Assembly (NCBI RefSeq): GCF_009914755.1
Contig: NC_060933.1
Source: the human T2T-CHM13v2.0 reference genome, Homo sapiens
DNA: 64,000 nt
Direction: 5' to 3' (one strand)
In this document: positions 40,227 to 53,600 of the stretch, piece after piece
Position numbering within the stretch: position 1 is the first letter of the stretch
Layout: the number at the start of each line of letters is the position of its first letter
Program-made: the position numbers and the translations under genes
Notes under the pieces: generated by a model
The model's database searches: none
Seen by the model: only the letters and a program-made list of their open reading frames with translations
Told to the model about the DNA's origin: nothing

Positions 40227-43200
40227 CCATTCGATTGCACTCGGGTTGATTCCATTCCATTGCATTCTATTCCATTCCATTACATTCCATTCCATTCCGT
40301 TCCATTCCATTCCATTACATTCGGATTGATTCTATTCAATTCCCTTACACTCCATTACATTCCATTCCATTCGGGTAGTTTCCATTCCATTCCATTCCGT
40401 TCCCCTCCATTCCATTGAACTCGGGTTGATTCCATTCCATTGCATTCCATTCCATTCCATTCAATTCCATTCCGTTCCATTCCATTCCATTACATTCGGA
40501 TTGATTCTATTCAACTCCCTTACTCTCCATTACATTCCATTGCATTCGGGTTGTTCCATTCCACTCCATTCCATTCCAGTCCATTCCATTGCACTCGGGT
40601 TGATTCCATTCCATTCCATTCCATTCCATTCCATTCCATTCCATTCCATTCGGGATGATTCCATTCCATTGCATTCCAATCCATTCCATTCCCCTGCACT
40701 CGCGTTGATTCCATTCCATTCCATTCCATTCCATTCCATTCCGTTCCGTTCCATTCCATTCCATTCCATTCCATTCCATTCCGTTCCGTTCCATTCCATT
40801 CCATTCCATTCTATTCGGGTTAATTCCATTCCATTCCATTCGATTGCAATCGAGTTGATTCCATTCCATTCCATTCTATTCCATTCCATTCCATTCCATT
40901 CCATTCCTTTCCATTCCATTACGGATGATTCCATTCCATTGCATTCAATTCCATTCCTTTCCCCTGTACTCGGGTTGATTACATTCCATTCCATTCCAAT
41001 CCATGCCATTCCACTCGTGTTGATTCCACTCTTTCCATTCCAATCAAGTTGAATCCATTCCATTGCATTCCATTCCATTCGATTCCATTCGATTGCACTC
41101 GGGTTGATTCCATTCCATTGCATTCCATTCCATTCCATTCCATTCCATTCCATTCCGTTCCGTTCCATTGCATTCCATTACATTCGGATTGATTCTATTC
41201 AATTCCCTTACACTCCATTACATTCCATTCCATTCGGGTAGTTTCCATTCCATTCCATTCCTTTCCATTCCATTGCACTCGGGTTGATTCCATTCCATTG
41301 CATTCCATTCCATTCCATTCAATTCCATTCCGTTCCATTCCATTCCATTACATTCGGATTGATTCTATTCAACTCCCTTACTCTCCATTCCATTCCATTC
41401 CATTCGGGTTGTTCCATTCCATTCCATTCCATTCCACTCCATTCCATTTCACTCGGGTTGATTCCATTCCATTCCATTCCATTCCATTCCATTCCATTCC
41501 ATTCCATTACGGAAGATACCATTCCATTGCATTCCATTCCATTCCATTCCCCTGCACTCACGTTGATTCCATTCCATTCCATTCTATTCCATTCCATTCC
41601 CTTCCTTTCCGTTCCATTCCATTCCATTCCATTCCATTCCGTTCCGTTCCATTCCATTCCATTCTATTCGGGTTAATTCCATTCCATTCCATTCGATTTG
41701 CAATCGAGTTGATTCCATTCCATTCCATTCCATTCCATTCCATTCCATTCCTTTCCATTCCATTACGGATGATTCCATTCCATTGCATTCCATTCCATTC
41801 CATTCCCCTGTACTCGGGTTGATTCCATTCCATTCCATTCCAATCCATGCCATTCCACTCGTGTTGATTCCATTCTTTCCATTCCATTCAAGTTGAATCC
41901 ATTCCATTGCATTCCATTCCATTCGATTGCACTCGGGTTGATTCCTTTCCATTGCATTCCATTCCATTCCATTCCATTCCATTCCATTCCATTCCGTTCC
42001 ATTCCATTCCATTACATTCGGATTGATTCTATTCAATTCCCTTACACTCCATTACATTCCATTCCATTCGTGTAGTTTCCATTCCATTCCATTCCATTCC
42101 TCTCCATTCCATTGACCTCGGGTTGATTCCATTCCATTGCATTCCATTCCATTCCATTCAATTCCATTCCGTTCCATTCCATTCCATTACATTCGGATTG
42201 ATTCTATTCAACTCCCTTACTCTCCATTACATTCCATTCCATTCGGGTTGTTCCATTCCATTCCATTCCATTCCACTCCATTCCATTGCACTCGGGTTTA
42301 TTCCATTCCATTCCATTCCATTCCATTCCATTCCTTTCCGTTCCATTCCATTCCATTCCATTCCATTCCAATCCATTCCATTCCGTTCCGTTCCGTTCCA
42401 TTCCATTCCATTCCATTCTATTCGGGTTAATTCCATTCCATTCCATTCGATTGCAATCGAGTTGATTCCATTCCATTCCATTCCATTCCATTCCATTCCA
42501 TTCCTTTCCATTCCATTATGGATGATTCCATTCCATTGCATTCCATTCCATTTCATTCCCCTGTACTCGGGTTGATTCCATTCCATTCCATTCCAATCCA
42601 TGCCATTCCACTCGTGTTGATTCCATTCTTTACATTCCATTCAAGTTGAATCCATTCCATTGCATTCCATTCCATTCCATTCCCCTGCAGTCGGGTTGTT
42701 TCCATTCCATTCCATTCCATTCCATTCCATTCCATTCCATTCCATTCCATTCCGTTCCGTTCAATTCCATTCCATTCCATTCTATTCGGGTTAATTCCAT
42801 TCCATTCCATTCCATTCCATTCCATTCCAATCGAGTTGATTCCATTCCATTCCATTCCATTCCATTCCACTCCATTCCAGTCCTTTCCATTCCATTCCAC
42901 TCGGGTTGATTCCAATGTATTCCTTTCCATTCCATTCCATTCCATTGCAATCGAGTTGATTCCATTGCTTTGCATTCCATTCCATTCCATTCCATTCCGG
43001 ATGATTCCATTCCATTGCATTCCATTCCATTCCATTCCCCTGCACTCGGGTTGATTCCATGCCATTCCACTCCATTCCGATCCATTCCATTCCATTACAA
43101 TCGAGGTGATTCCATTCCATTCCATTCCATTCCAGTCCTTTCCATTCCATTCCTCTCGGGTTGATTCCATTCTATTAGTTTCCATTTCAATCCATTCCCT

Positions 43201-43945
43201 TCCATTCCACTCTGGTTGATTCCATTCCTTTCCATTCCACTCGAATACATTTCCTCCTATTCCACTCGGAACGATTCCATTCCATTCCATTCCATTCCGT
43301 TCCATTCCATTCCATTCCATTCCATTCCATTTCGTTCCATTCCATTCTATTCCGTATCATTCCATTCCATTCCATTCCATTCCATTCCATTCCATTCCAT
43401 TCCATTCCATTCCATTGTACTCGGGTTGATTCAATTCCATTGCATTCCATTCCATTCCATTCCATTCCATTCCGTTGCATTCCATTCCATTACATTCGGA
43501 TTGATTCTATTCAACTCCCTTACTCTCCATTACATTCCATTCCATTCGGGTTGTTCCATTCCATTCCATTCCATTCCACTCCATTCCATTGCACTCGGGT
43601 TGATTCCATTCCATTCCATTCCATTCCAGTCCATTCCGGATGATTCCATTCCATTGCATTCCGTTCCATTACATTCCCCTGCACTCGAGTTGATTCCATT
43701 CCATTCCATTCAATTCCTTTCCATTACAATTCGTTCCATTCCATTCTATTCCGTACCATTCCATTCCATTCCATACCATTCCATTCCATTGCATTCCATT
43801 CCATTCCATTCCGTTCCATTCTGTTCCATTCCATTCCATTCTATTGGAATTAATTCCATTCCATTGCATTCTATTCCATTCCATTGCAATTAAGTTGAAT
43901 CCACTGCATTTCATTCCATTCCATTCCATTCCATTGCATTCCATT
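40227..43945 (+). repeat. ~3.72 kb higher-order repeat, copy 2
   Basis: Same private variants at an offset of about 3709-3719 from copy 1. Begins with a ~520 bp block (CCGTTCCCCTCC, CCAGTCC, CGGGATG) shared only with copy 3. Confidence 0.9.
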
Positions 43946-46900
43946 CCATTCGATTGCACTCGGGTTGATTCCATTCCATTGCATTCCATTCCATTCCATT
44001 CCATTCCATTCCATTCCATTCCGTTCCATTCCATTCCATTACATTCGGATTGATTCTATTCAATTCCCTTACACTCCATTACATTCCATTCCATTCGGGT
44101 AGTTTCCATTCCATTCCATTCCGTTCCCCTCCATTCCATTGAACTCGGGTTGATTCCATTCCATTGCATTCCATTCCATTCCATTCAATTCCATTCCGTT
44201 CCATTCCATTCCATTACATTCGGATTGATTCTATTCAACTCCCTTACTCTCCATTACATTCCATTGCATTCGGGTTGTTCCATTCCACTCCATTCCATTC
44301 CAGTCCATTCCATTGCACTCGGGTTGATTCCATTCCATTCCATTCCATTCCATTCCATTCCATTCCATTCGGGATGATTCCATTCCATTGCATTCCAATC
44401 CATTCCATTCCCCTGCACTCGCGTTGATTCCATTCCATTCCATTCCATTCCATTCCATTCCGTTCCGTTCCATTCCATTCCATTCCATTCCATTCCATTC
44501 CGTTCCGTTCCATTCCATTCCATTCCATTCTATTCGGGTTAATTCCATTCCATTCCATTCGATTGCAATCGAGTTGATTCCATTCCATTCCATTCTATTC
44601 CATTCCATTCCATTCCATTCCATTCCTTTCCATTCCATTACGGATGATTCCATTCCATTGCATTCCATTCCATTCCTTTCCCCTGTACTCGGGTTGATTA
44701 CATTCCATTCCATTCCAATCCATGCCATTCCACTCGTGTTGATTCCACTCTTTCCATTCCAATCAAGTTGAATCCATTCCATTGCATTCCATTCCATTCG
44801 ATTCCATTCGATTGCACTCGGGTTGATTCCATTCCATTGCATTCCATTCCATTCCATTCCATTCCATTCCATTCCATTCCGTTCCGTTCCATTGCATTCC
44901 ATTACATTCGGATTGATTCTATTCAATTCCCTTACACTCCATTACATTCCATTCCATTCGGGTAGTTTCCATTCCATTCCATTCCTTTCCATTCCATTGC
45001 ACTCGGGTTGATTCCATTCCATTGCATTCCATTCCATTCCATTCAATTCCATTCCGTTCCATTCCATTCCATTACATTCGGATTGATTCTATTCAACTCC
45101 CTTACTCTCCATTCCATTCCATTCCATTCGGGTTGTTCCATTCCATTCCATTCCATTCCACTCCATTCCATTTCACTCGGGTTGATTCCATTCCATTCCA
45201 TTCCATTCCATTCCATTCCATTCCATTCCATTCCGGAAGATACCATTCCATTGCATTCCATTCCATTCCATTCCCCTGCACTCACGTTGATTCCATTCCA
45301 TTCCATTCTATTCCATTCCATTCCCTTCCTTTCCGTTCCATTCCATTCCATTCCATTCCATTCCGTTCCGTTCCATTCCATTCCATTCTATTCGGGTTAA
45401 TTCCATTCCATTCCATTCGATTTGCAATCGAGTTGATTCCATTCCATTCCATTCCATTCCATTCCATTCCATTCCTTTCCATTCCATTACGGATGATTCC
45501 ATTCCATTGCATTCCATTCCATTCCATTCCCCTGTACTCGGGTTGATTCCATTCCATTCCATTCCAATCCATGCCATTCCACTCGTGTTGATTCCATTCT
45601 TTCCTTTCCATTCAAGTTGAATCCATTCCATTGCATTCCATTCCATTCGATTGCACTCGGGTTGATTCCTTTCCATTGCATTCCATTCCATTCCATTCCA
45701 TTCCATTCCATTCCATTCCATTCCGTTCCATTCCATTCCATTACATTCGGATTGATTCTATTCAATTCCCTTACACTCCATTACATTCCATTCCATTCGT
45801 GTAGTTTCCATTCCATTCCATTCCATTCCTCTCCATTCCATTGTCCTCGGGTTGATTCCATTCCATTGCATTCCATTCCATTCCATTCAATTCCATTCCG
45901 TTCCATTCCATTCCATTACATTCGGATTGATTCTATTCAACTCCCTTACTCTCCATTACATTCCATTCCATTCGGGTTGTTCCATTCCATTCCATTCCAT
46001 TCCACTCCATTCCATTGCACTCGGGTTTATTCCATTCCATTCCATTCCATTCCATTCCATTCCTTTCCGTTCCATTCCATTCCATTCCATTCCATTCCAA
46101 TCCATTCCATTCCGTTCCGTTCCGTTCCATTCCATTCCATTCCATTCTATTCGGGTTAATTCCATTCCATTCCATTCGATTGCAATCGAGTTGATTCCAT
46201 TCCATTCCATTCCATTCCATTCCATTCCATTCCATTCCATTCCTTTCCATTCCATTATGGATGATTCCATTCCATTGCATTCCATTCCATTTCATTCCCC
46301 TGTACTCGGGTTGATTCCATTCCATTCCATTCCAATCCATGCCATTCCACTCGTGTTGATTCCATTCTTTCCATTCCATTCAAGTTGAATCCATTCCATT
46401 GCATTCCATTCCATTCCATTCCCCTGCAGTCGGGTTGTTTCCATTCCATTCCATTCCATTCCATTCCATTCCATTCCATTCCGTTCCGTTCAATTCCATT
46501 CCATTCCATTCTATTCGGGTTAATTCCATTCCATTCCATTCCATTCCTTTCCATTCCAATCGAGTTGATTCCATTCCATTCCATTCCATTCCATTCCACT
46601 CCATTCCAGTCCTTTCCATTCCATTCCACTCGGGTTGATTCCAATGTATTCCTTTCCATTCCATTCCATTCCATTGCAATCGAGTTGATTCCATTGCTTT
46701 GCATTCCATTCCATTCCATTCCATTCCGGATGATTCCATTCCATTGCATTCCATTCCATTCCATTCCCCTGCACTCGGGTTGATTCCATTCCATTCCACT
46801 CCATTCCGTTCCATTCCATTCCATTACAATCGAGGTGATTCCATTCCATTCCATTCCATTCCAGTCCTTTCCATTCCATTCCTCTCGGGTTGATTCCATT

Positions 46901-47665
46901 CTATTAGTTTCCATTTCATTCCATTCCCTTCCATTCCACTCTGGTTGATTCCATTCCTTTCCATTCCACTCGAATACATTTCCTCCTATTCCACTCGGAA
47001 CGATTCCATTCCATTCCATTCCATTCCGTTCCATTCCATTCCATTCCATTCCATTCCATTTCGTTCCATTCCATTCTATTCCGTATCATTCCATTCCATT
47101 CCATTCCATTCCATTCCATTCCATTCCATTCCATTGTACTCGGGTTGATTCAATTCCATTGCATTCCATTCCATTCCATTCCATTCCATTCCGTTGCATT
47201 CCATTCCATTACATTCGGATTGATTCTATTCAACTCCCTTACTCTCCATTACATTCCATTCCATTCGGGTTGTTCCATTCCATTCCATTCCATTCCACTC
47301 CATTCCATTGCACTCGGGTTGATTCCATTCCATTCCATTCCATTCCAGTCCATTCCGGATGATTCCATTCCATTGCATTCCGTTCCATTACATTCCCCTG
47401 CACTCGAGTTGATTCCATTCCATTCCATTCAATTCCTTTCCATTACAATTCGTTCCATTCCATTCTATTCCGTACCATTCCATTCCATTCCATACCATTC
47501 CATTCCATTGCATTCCATTCCATTCCATTCCGTTCCATTCCGTTCCATTCCATTCCATTCTATTCGAATTAATTCCATTCCATTCCATTCTATTCCATTC
47601 CATTGCAATTAAGTTGAATCCACTGCATTTCATTCCATTCCATTCCATTCCATTGCATTCCATTC
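43946..47665 (+). repeat. ~3.72 kb higher-order repeat, copy 3
   Basis: Offset of about 3719-3729 from copy 2. Diverges at ~47666, where it continues as CCGGAAGATTCC instead of CCATTCGATTGCAC. Confidence 0.9.
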
Positions 47666-50600
47666 CGGAAGATTCCATTCCATTGCATTCCATTCCATTC
47701 CATTCCCCTGCACTCGCGTTCATTCCATTCCATTCCATTCCATTCCATTCCGTTCCGTTCCATTCCATTCCATTCCATTCCATTCCGTTCCGTTCCGTTC
47801 CATTCCATTCCATTCCATTCTATTCGGGTTAATTCCATTCCATTCCATTCGATTGCAATCGAGTTGATTCCATTCCATTCCATTCCATTCCATTCCATTC
47901 CATTCCATTCCTTTCCATTCCATTACGGATGATTCCATTCCATTGCATTCGATTCCATTCCATTCCCCTGTACTCGGGTTGATTCCATTCCATTCCATTC
48001 CAATCCATGCCATTCCACTCGTGTTGATTCCATTCTTTCCATTCCATTCAAGTTGAATCCATTCCATTGCATTCCATTCCATTCGATTCCATTCGATTGC
48101 ACTCGGGTTGATTCCATTCCATTGAATTCCATTCCATTCCATTCCATTCCATTCCATTCCATTCCATTCCGTTCCATTCCATTCCATTACATTCGGATTG
48201 ATTCTATTCAATTCCCTTACACTCCATTACATTCCATTCCATTCGGGTAGTTTCCATTCCATTCCATTCCATTCCTCTCCATTCCATTGCACTCGGGTTG
48301 ATTCCATTCCATTGCATTCCATTCCATTCCATTCCATTCCATTCCGTTCCATTCCATTCCATTACATTCGGATTGATTCTATTCAACTCCCTTACTCTCC
48401 ATTACATTCCATTCCATTCAGGTTGTTCCATTCCACTCCATTCCATTCCACTCCATTCCATTGCACTCGGGTTGATTCCATTCCATTCCATTCCATTCCA
48501 TTCCATTCCATTCCATTCCATTCCATTCCGGAAGATTCCATTCCATTGCATTCCTTTCCATTCCATTCAACTGCACTCGCGTTGATTCCATTCCATTCCA
48601 TTCCATTCCATTCCATTCCGTTCCGTTCCATTCCATTCCATTCCATTCCATTCCATTCCGTTCCGTTCCATTCCATTCCATTCCATTCTATTCGGGTTAA
48701 TTCCATTCCATTCCATTCAATTGCAATCGAGTTGATTCCATTCCATTCCATTCCATTCCATTCCATTCCATTCCATTGCATTCCATTCCTTTCCATTCCA
48801 TTACGGATGATTCCATTCCGTTGCATTCCATTCCATTCCATTCCCCTGTACTCGGGTTGATTCCATTCCATTCCATTCCAATCCATGCCATTCCACTCGT
48901 GTTGATTCCATTCTTTCCATTCCATTCCAGTTGAATCCATTCCATTGCATTCCATTCCATTCGATTCCATTCGATTGCACTCAGGTTGATTCCATTCCAT
49001 TGCATTCCATTCCATTCCATTCCATTAGATTCCATTACATTCCATTACATTCGGATTGATTCTATTCAATTCCCTTACACTCCATTACATTCCATTCCAT
49101 TCGGGTAGTTTCCATTCCATTCCATTCCATTCCTCTCCATTCCATTGCACTCGGGTTGATTCCATTCCATTGCATTCCATTCCATTCCATTCAATTCCAT
49201 TCCGTTCCATTCCATTCCATTACATTCGGATTGACTCTATTCAACTCCCTTACTCTCCATTACATTCCATTCCATTCGGGTTGTTCCATTCGATTCCATT
49301 CCATTCCACTCCATTCCATTGCACTCGGGGTGATTCCATTACATTCCATTCCATTCCATTCCATTCCATTCCGGCAGATTCCATTCCATTTCATTCCATT
49401 CCATTCCATTCCCCTGCACTCGCGTTGATTCCATTCCATTCCATTCCATTCCATTCCATTCCCTTCCTTTCCGTTCCATTCCATTCCATTCCATTCCATT
49501 CCATTGCGTTCCGTTCCATTCCATTCCATTCCATTCTATTCGGGTTAATTCCATTCCATTCCATTCGATTGCAATCGAGTTGATTCCATTCCATTCCATT
49601 CCATTCCATTCCATTCCATTCCATTCCTTTCCATTCCATTACGGATGATTCCATTCCATTGCATTCCATTCCATTCCATTCCCCTGTACTGGGGTTGATT
49701 CCATTCCATTCCATTCCAATCCATGCCATTCCACTCGTGTTGATTCCATTCTTTCCATTCCATTCAAGTTGAATCCATTCCATTGCATTCCATTCCATTC
49801 GATTCCATTCGATTGCACTCGGGTTGATTCCATTCCATTGCATTCCATTCCATTCCAATCCATTCCATTCCATTCCATTCCATTCCATTCCGTTCCATTC
49901 CATTCCATTCCATTCCATTCCGTTCCATACCATTCCATTACATTCGGATTGATTCTATTCAATTCCCTTACACTGCATTACATTCCATTCCATTTGGGTA
50001 GTTTCCATTCCATTCCATTCCATTCCTCTCCATTCCATTGAACTCGGGTTGATTCCATTCCATTGCATTCCATTCCATTCCATTCAATTCCATTCCGTTC
50101 CATTCCATTCCATTACATTCGGATTGATTCTATTCAATTCCCTTACTCTCCATTACATTCCATTCCATTCGGGTTGTTCCATTCCATTCCATTCCATTCC
50201 ATTCCGTTCCATTCCGGAAGATTCCATTCCACTGCATTCCATTCCATTCCATTCCCCTGCACTCGCGTTGATTCCATTCCATTCCATTCCATTCCATTCC
50301 ATTCCGTTCCGTTCCATTCCATTCCATTCCATTCCATTCTATTCGGGTTAATTCCATTCCATTCCATTCGATTGCAATCGAGTTGATTCCATTCCATTGC
50401 ATTCCATTCCATTCCATTCCATTCCATTCCTTTCCATTCCATTACGGATGATTCCTTTCCATTGCATTCCATTCCATTCCATTCCCCTGTACTCGGGTTG
50501 ATTCCATTCCATTCCATTCCAATCCATGCCATTTCACTCGTGTTGATTCCATTCTTTCCATTCCATTCAAGTTGAATCCATTCCATTGTATTCTTTTCCA

Positions 50601-53600
50601 TTCGATTCCATTCGATTGCACTCGGGTTGATTCCATTCCATTGCATTCCATTCCATTCCAATCCATTCCATTCCATTCCATTCCGTTCCATTCCGTTCCA
50701 TTCCATTCCATTCCATTCCATTCCATTCCATTCCATTCCGTTCCATTCCATTCCATTACATTCGGATTGATTGTATTCAATTCCCTTACACTCCATTACA
50801 TTCCATTCCATTCGGGTAGTTTCCATTCCATTCCATTCCATTCCTCTCCATTCCATTGAACTCGGGTTGATTCCATTCCATTGCATTCCATTCCATTCCA
50901 TTCCATTCCATTACAATCGAGTTGATTCCATTCCATTCCATTCCGTTCCAGTCCTTTCCATTCCATTCCTCTCGGGTTGATTCCATTCTATTAGTTTCCA
51001 TTCCATTCCATTCCCTTCCATTCCACTCTGGTTGATTCCATTCCTTTCCATTCCACTCGTATACATTCCCTCCTATTCCACTTGGAACGATTCCATTCCA
51101 TTCCATTCCATTCCATTCCTTTCCATTCCATTCCATTCCTTTCCATTCCATTACGGATGATTCCATTCCATTGCATTCCATTCCATTCCATTCCCCTGTA
51201 CTCGGGTTGATTCCATTCCATTGCATTCCAATCCATGCCCTTCCACTCGTGTTGATTCCATTCTTTCCATTCCATTCAAGTTGAATCCATTCCATTGCAT
51301 TGCATTCCATTTGATTCCATTCGATTGCACTCGGGTTGATTCCATTCCATTGCATTCCATTCCATTCCATTCCGTTCCATTCCATTCCATTACATTCGGA
51401 TTGATTCTATTCAATTCCCTTACACTCCATTACATTCCATTCCATTCGGGTAGTTTCCATTCCATTCCATTCCATTCCTCTACATTCCATTGCACTCTGG
51501 TTGATTCCATTCCATTGCATTCCATTCCATTCCATTCAATTCCATTCCGTTCCATTCCATTCCATTACATTCGGATTGATTCTATTCAACTCCCTTAGTC
51601 TCCATTACATTCCATTCCATTGGGGTTGTTCCATTCCATTCCATTCCATTCCACTCCATTCCATTCCATTCCATTCCTTTCCATTCCATTACGGATGATT
51701 CCATTCCATTGCATTCCATTCCATTCCATTCCCCTGTACTCGTTTTGATTCCGTTCCATTCCATTCCAATCCATGCCATTCCACTAGTGTTGATTCCATT
51801 CTTTCCATTCCATTCAAGTTGAATCCATTCCATTGCATTCCATTCCATTCCATTCCCCTGCAGTCGGGTTGATTCCATTCCATTCCATTCTATTCCATTC
51901 CATTCCATTCCATTCCGTTCCGTTCCGTTCCATTCCATTCCATTCCTTTCAATTCGGGTTAATTCCATTCCATTCCATTCCATTCCATTCCATTCCAATC
52001 AAGTTGATTCCATTCCATTCCATTCCATTCCATTCCATTCCACTCCATTCCAGTCCTTTCCATTCCATTACACTCGGGTTGATTCCAATGTATTCCTTTC
52101 CATTCCATTCCATTCCATTGCAATCGAGTTGATTCCATTGCTTTGCATTCCATTCCATTCCATTCCATTCCGGATGATTCCATTCCATTGCATTCCATTC
52201 CATTCCATTCCCCTGCACTCGGGTTGATTCCATTCCATTCCACTCCATTCCGTTCCATTCCATTCCATTCCATTGTATTCGGGTTAATTCCATTCCATTC
52301 CATTCCATTCCATTCCATTCCATTCCATTACAATCGAGTTGATTCCACTCCATTCCATTCCATTCCAGTCCTTTCCATTCCATTCCACACGGGTTGATTC
52401 CATTCTATTAGTTTCCATTCCATTCCATTCCCTTCCATTCCACTCTGGTTGATTCCATTCCTTTCCGTTCCACTGGAATACATTCCCTCCTATTCCACTC
52501 GGAACGATTCCATTCCATTCCATTCCATTCCATTCCATTCCATTCCATTCCATTCCATTCCATTTCGTTCCATTCCATTCTATTCCGTATCATTCCATTC
52601 CATTCCATTCCATTCCATTCCATTCCATTCCCTTCCATTCCATTCCATTGTACTCGGGTTGATTCCATTCCATTGCATTCCATTCCATTCCATTACATTC
52701 CATTCCGTTGCATTCCATTCCATTACATTCGCATTGATTCTATTCAACTCCCTTACTCTCCATTACATTCCATTCCATTCGGGTTGTTCCATTCCATTCC
52801 ATTCCATTCCACTCCATTCCATTGCAGTCGGGTTTATTCCATTCCATTCCATTCCATTCCATTCCATTCCATTCCATTCCATTCCGGATGATTCCATTCC
52901 ATTGCATTCCGTTCCATTACATTCCCCTGCACTCGCGTTGATTCCATTCCATTCCATTCAATTCCATTTTATTACAGTTCGTTCCATTCCATTCTATTCC
53001 GTACCATTCCATTCCATTCCACACCATTCCATTCCATTCCATTCCATTCCATTCCATTCCATTGCCTTGCATTCCAATCGGTTTGATTCCATGCCCTTCT
53101 TTCCACTCCATTACATTCCCTTCCATTCCACTCGGAATGATTGATTCCATTCCATTCCATTCCATTTCATTCCGTTGCAATCCATTCCAATCCATTCCAT
53201 TCCATTCCATTCCACTCGAGTTGATTTCATTCCATTCCTTTCCATTCGGTTTGAAGGCATTCCATTGCATTCCATTCCATTTCTTTCCATTCCATTCCAT
53301 TCCATTCCATTGTACTCGGCTTGATTCCATTCCATTGCATTCCATTCCATTCTATTCCATTCCATTCCGTTGCATTCCATTACATTCAGATTGATTCTAT
53401 TCAACTCCCTTACTCTCCATTACATTACATTCCATTCCTGTTTTCCATTCCATTCCATTCCATTCAATTCCATTCCGGATGATTCCATTCCATTGCATTC
53501 CGTTCCATTACATTCCCCTGCACTCGCGTTGATTCCATTCTGTTCCATTCAATTCCATTCCATTACAATTCGTTCCATTCCATTCTATTCCGTACCATTC

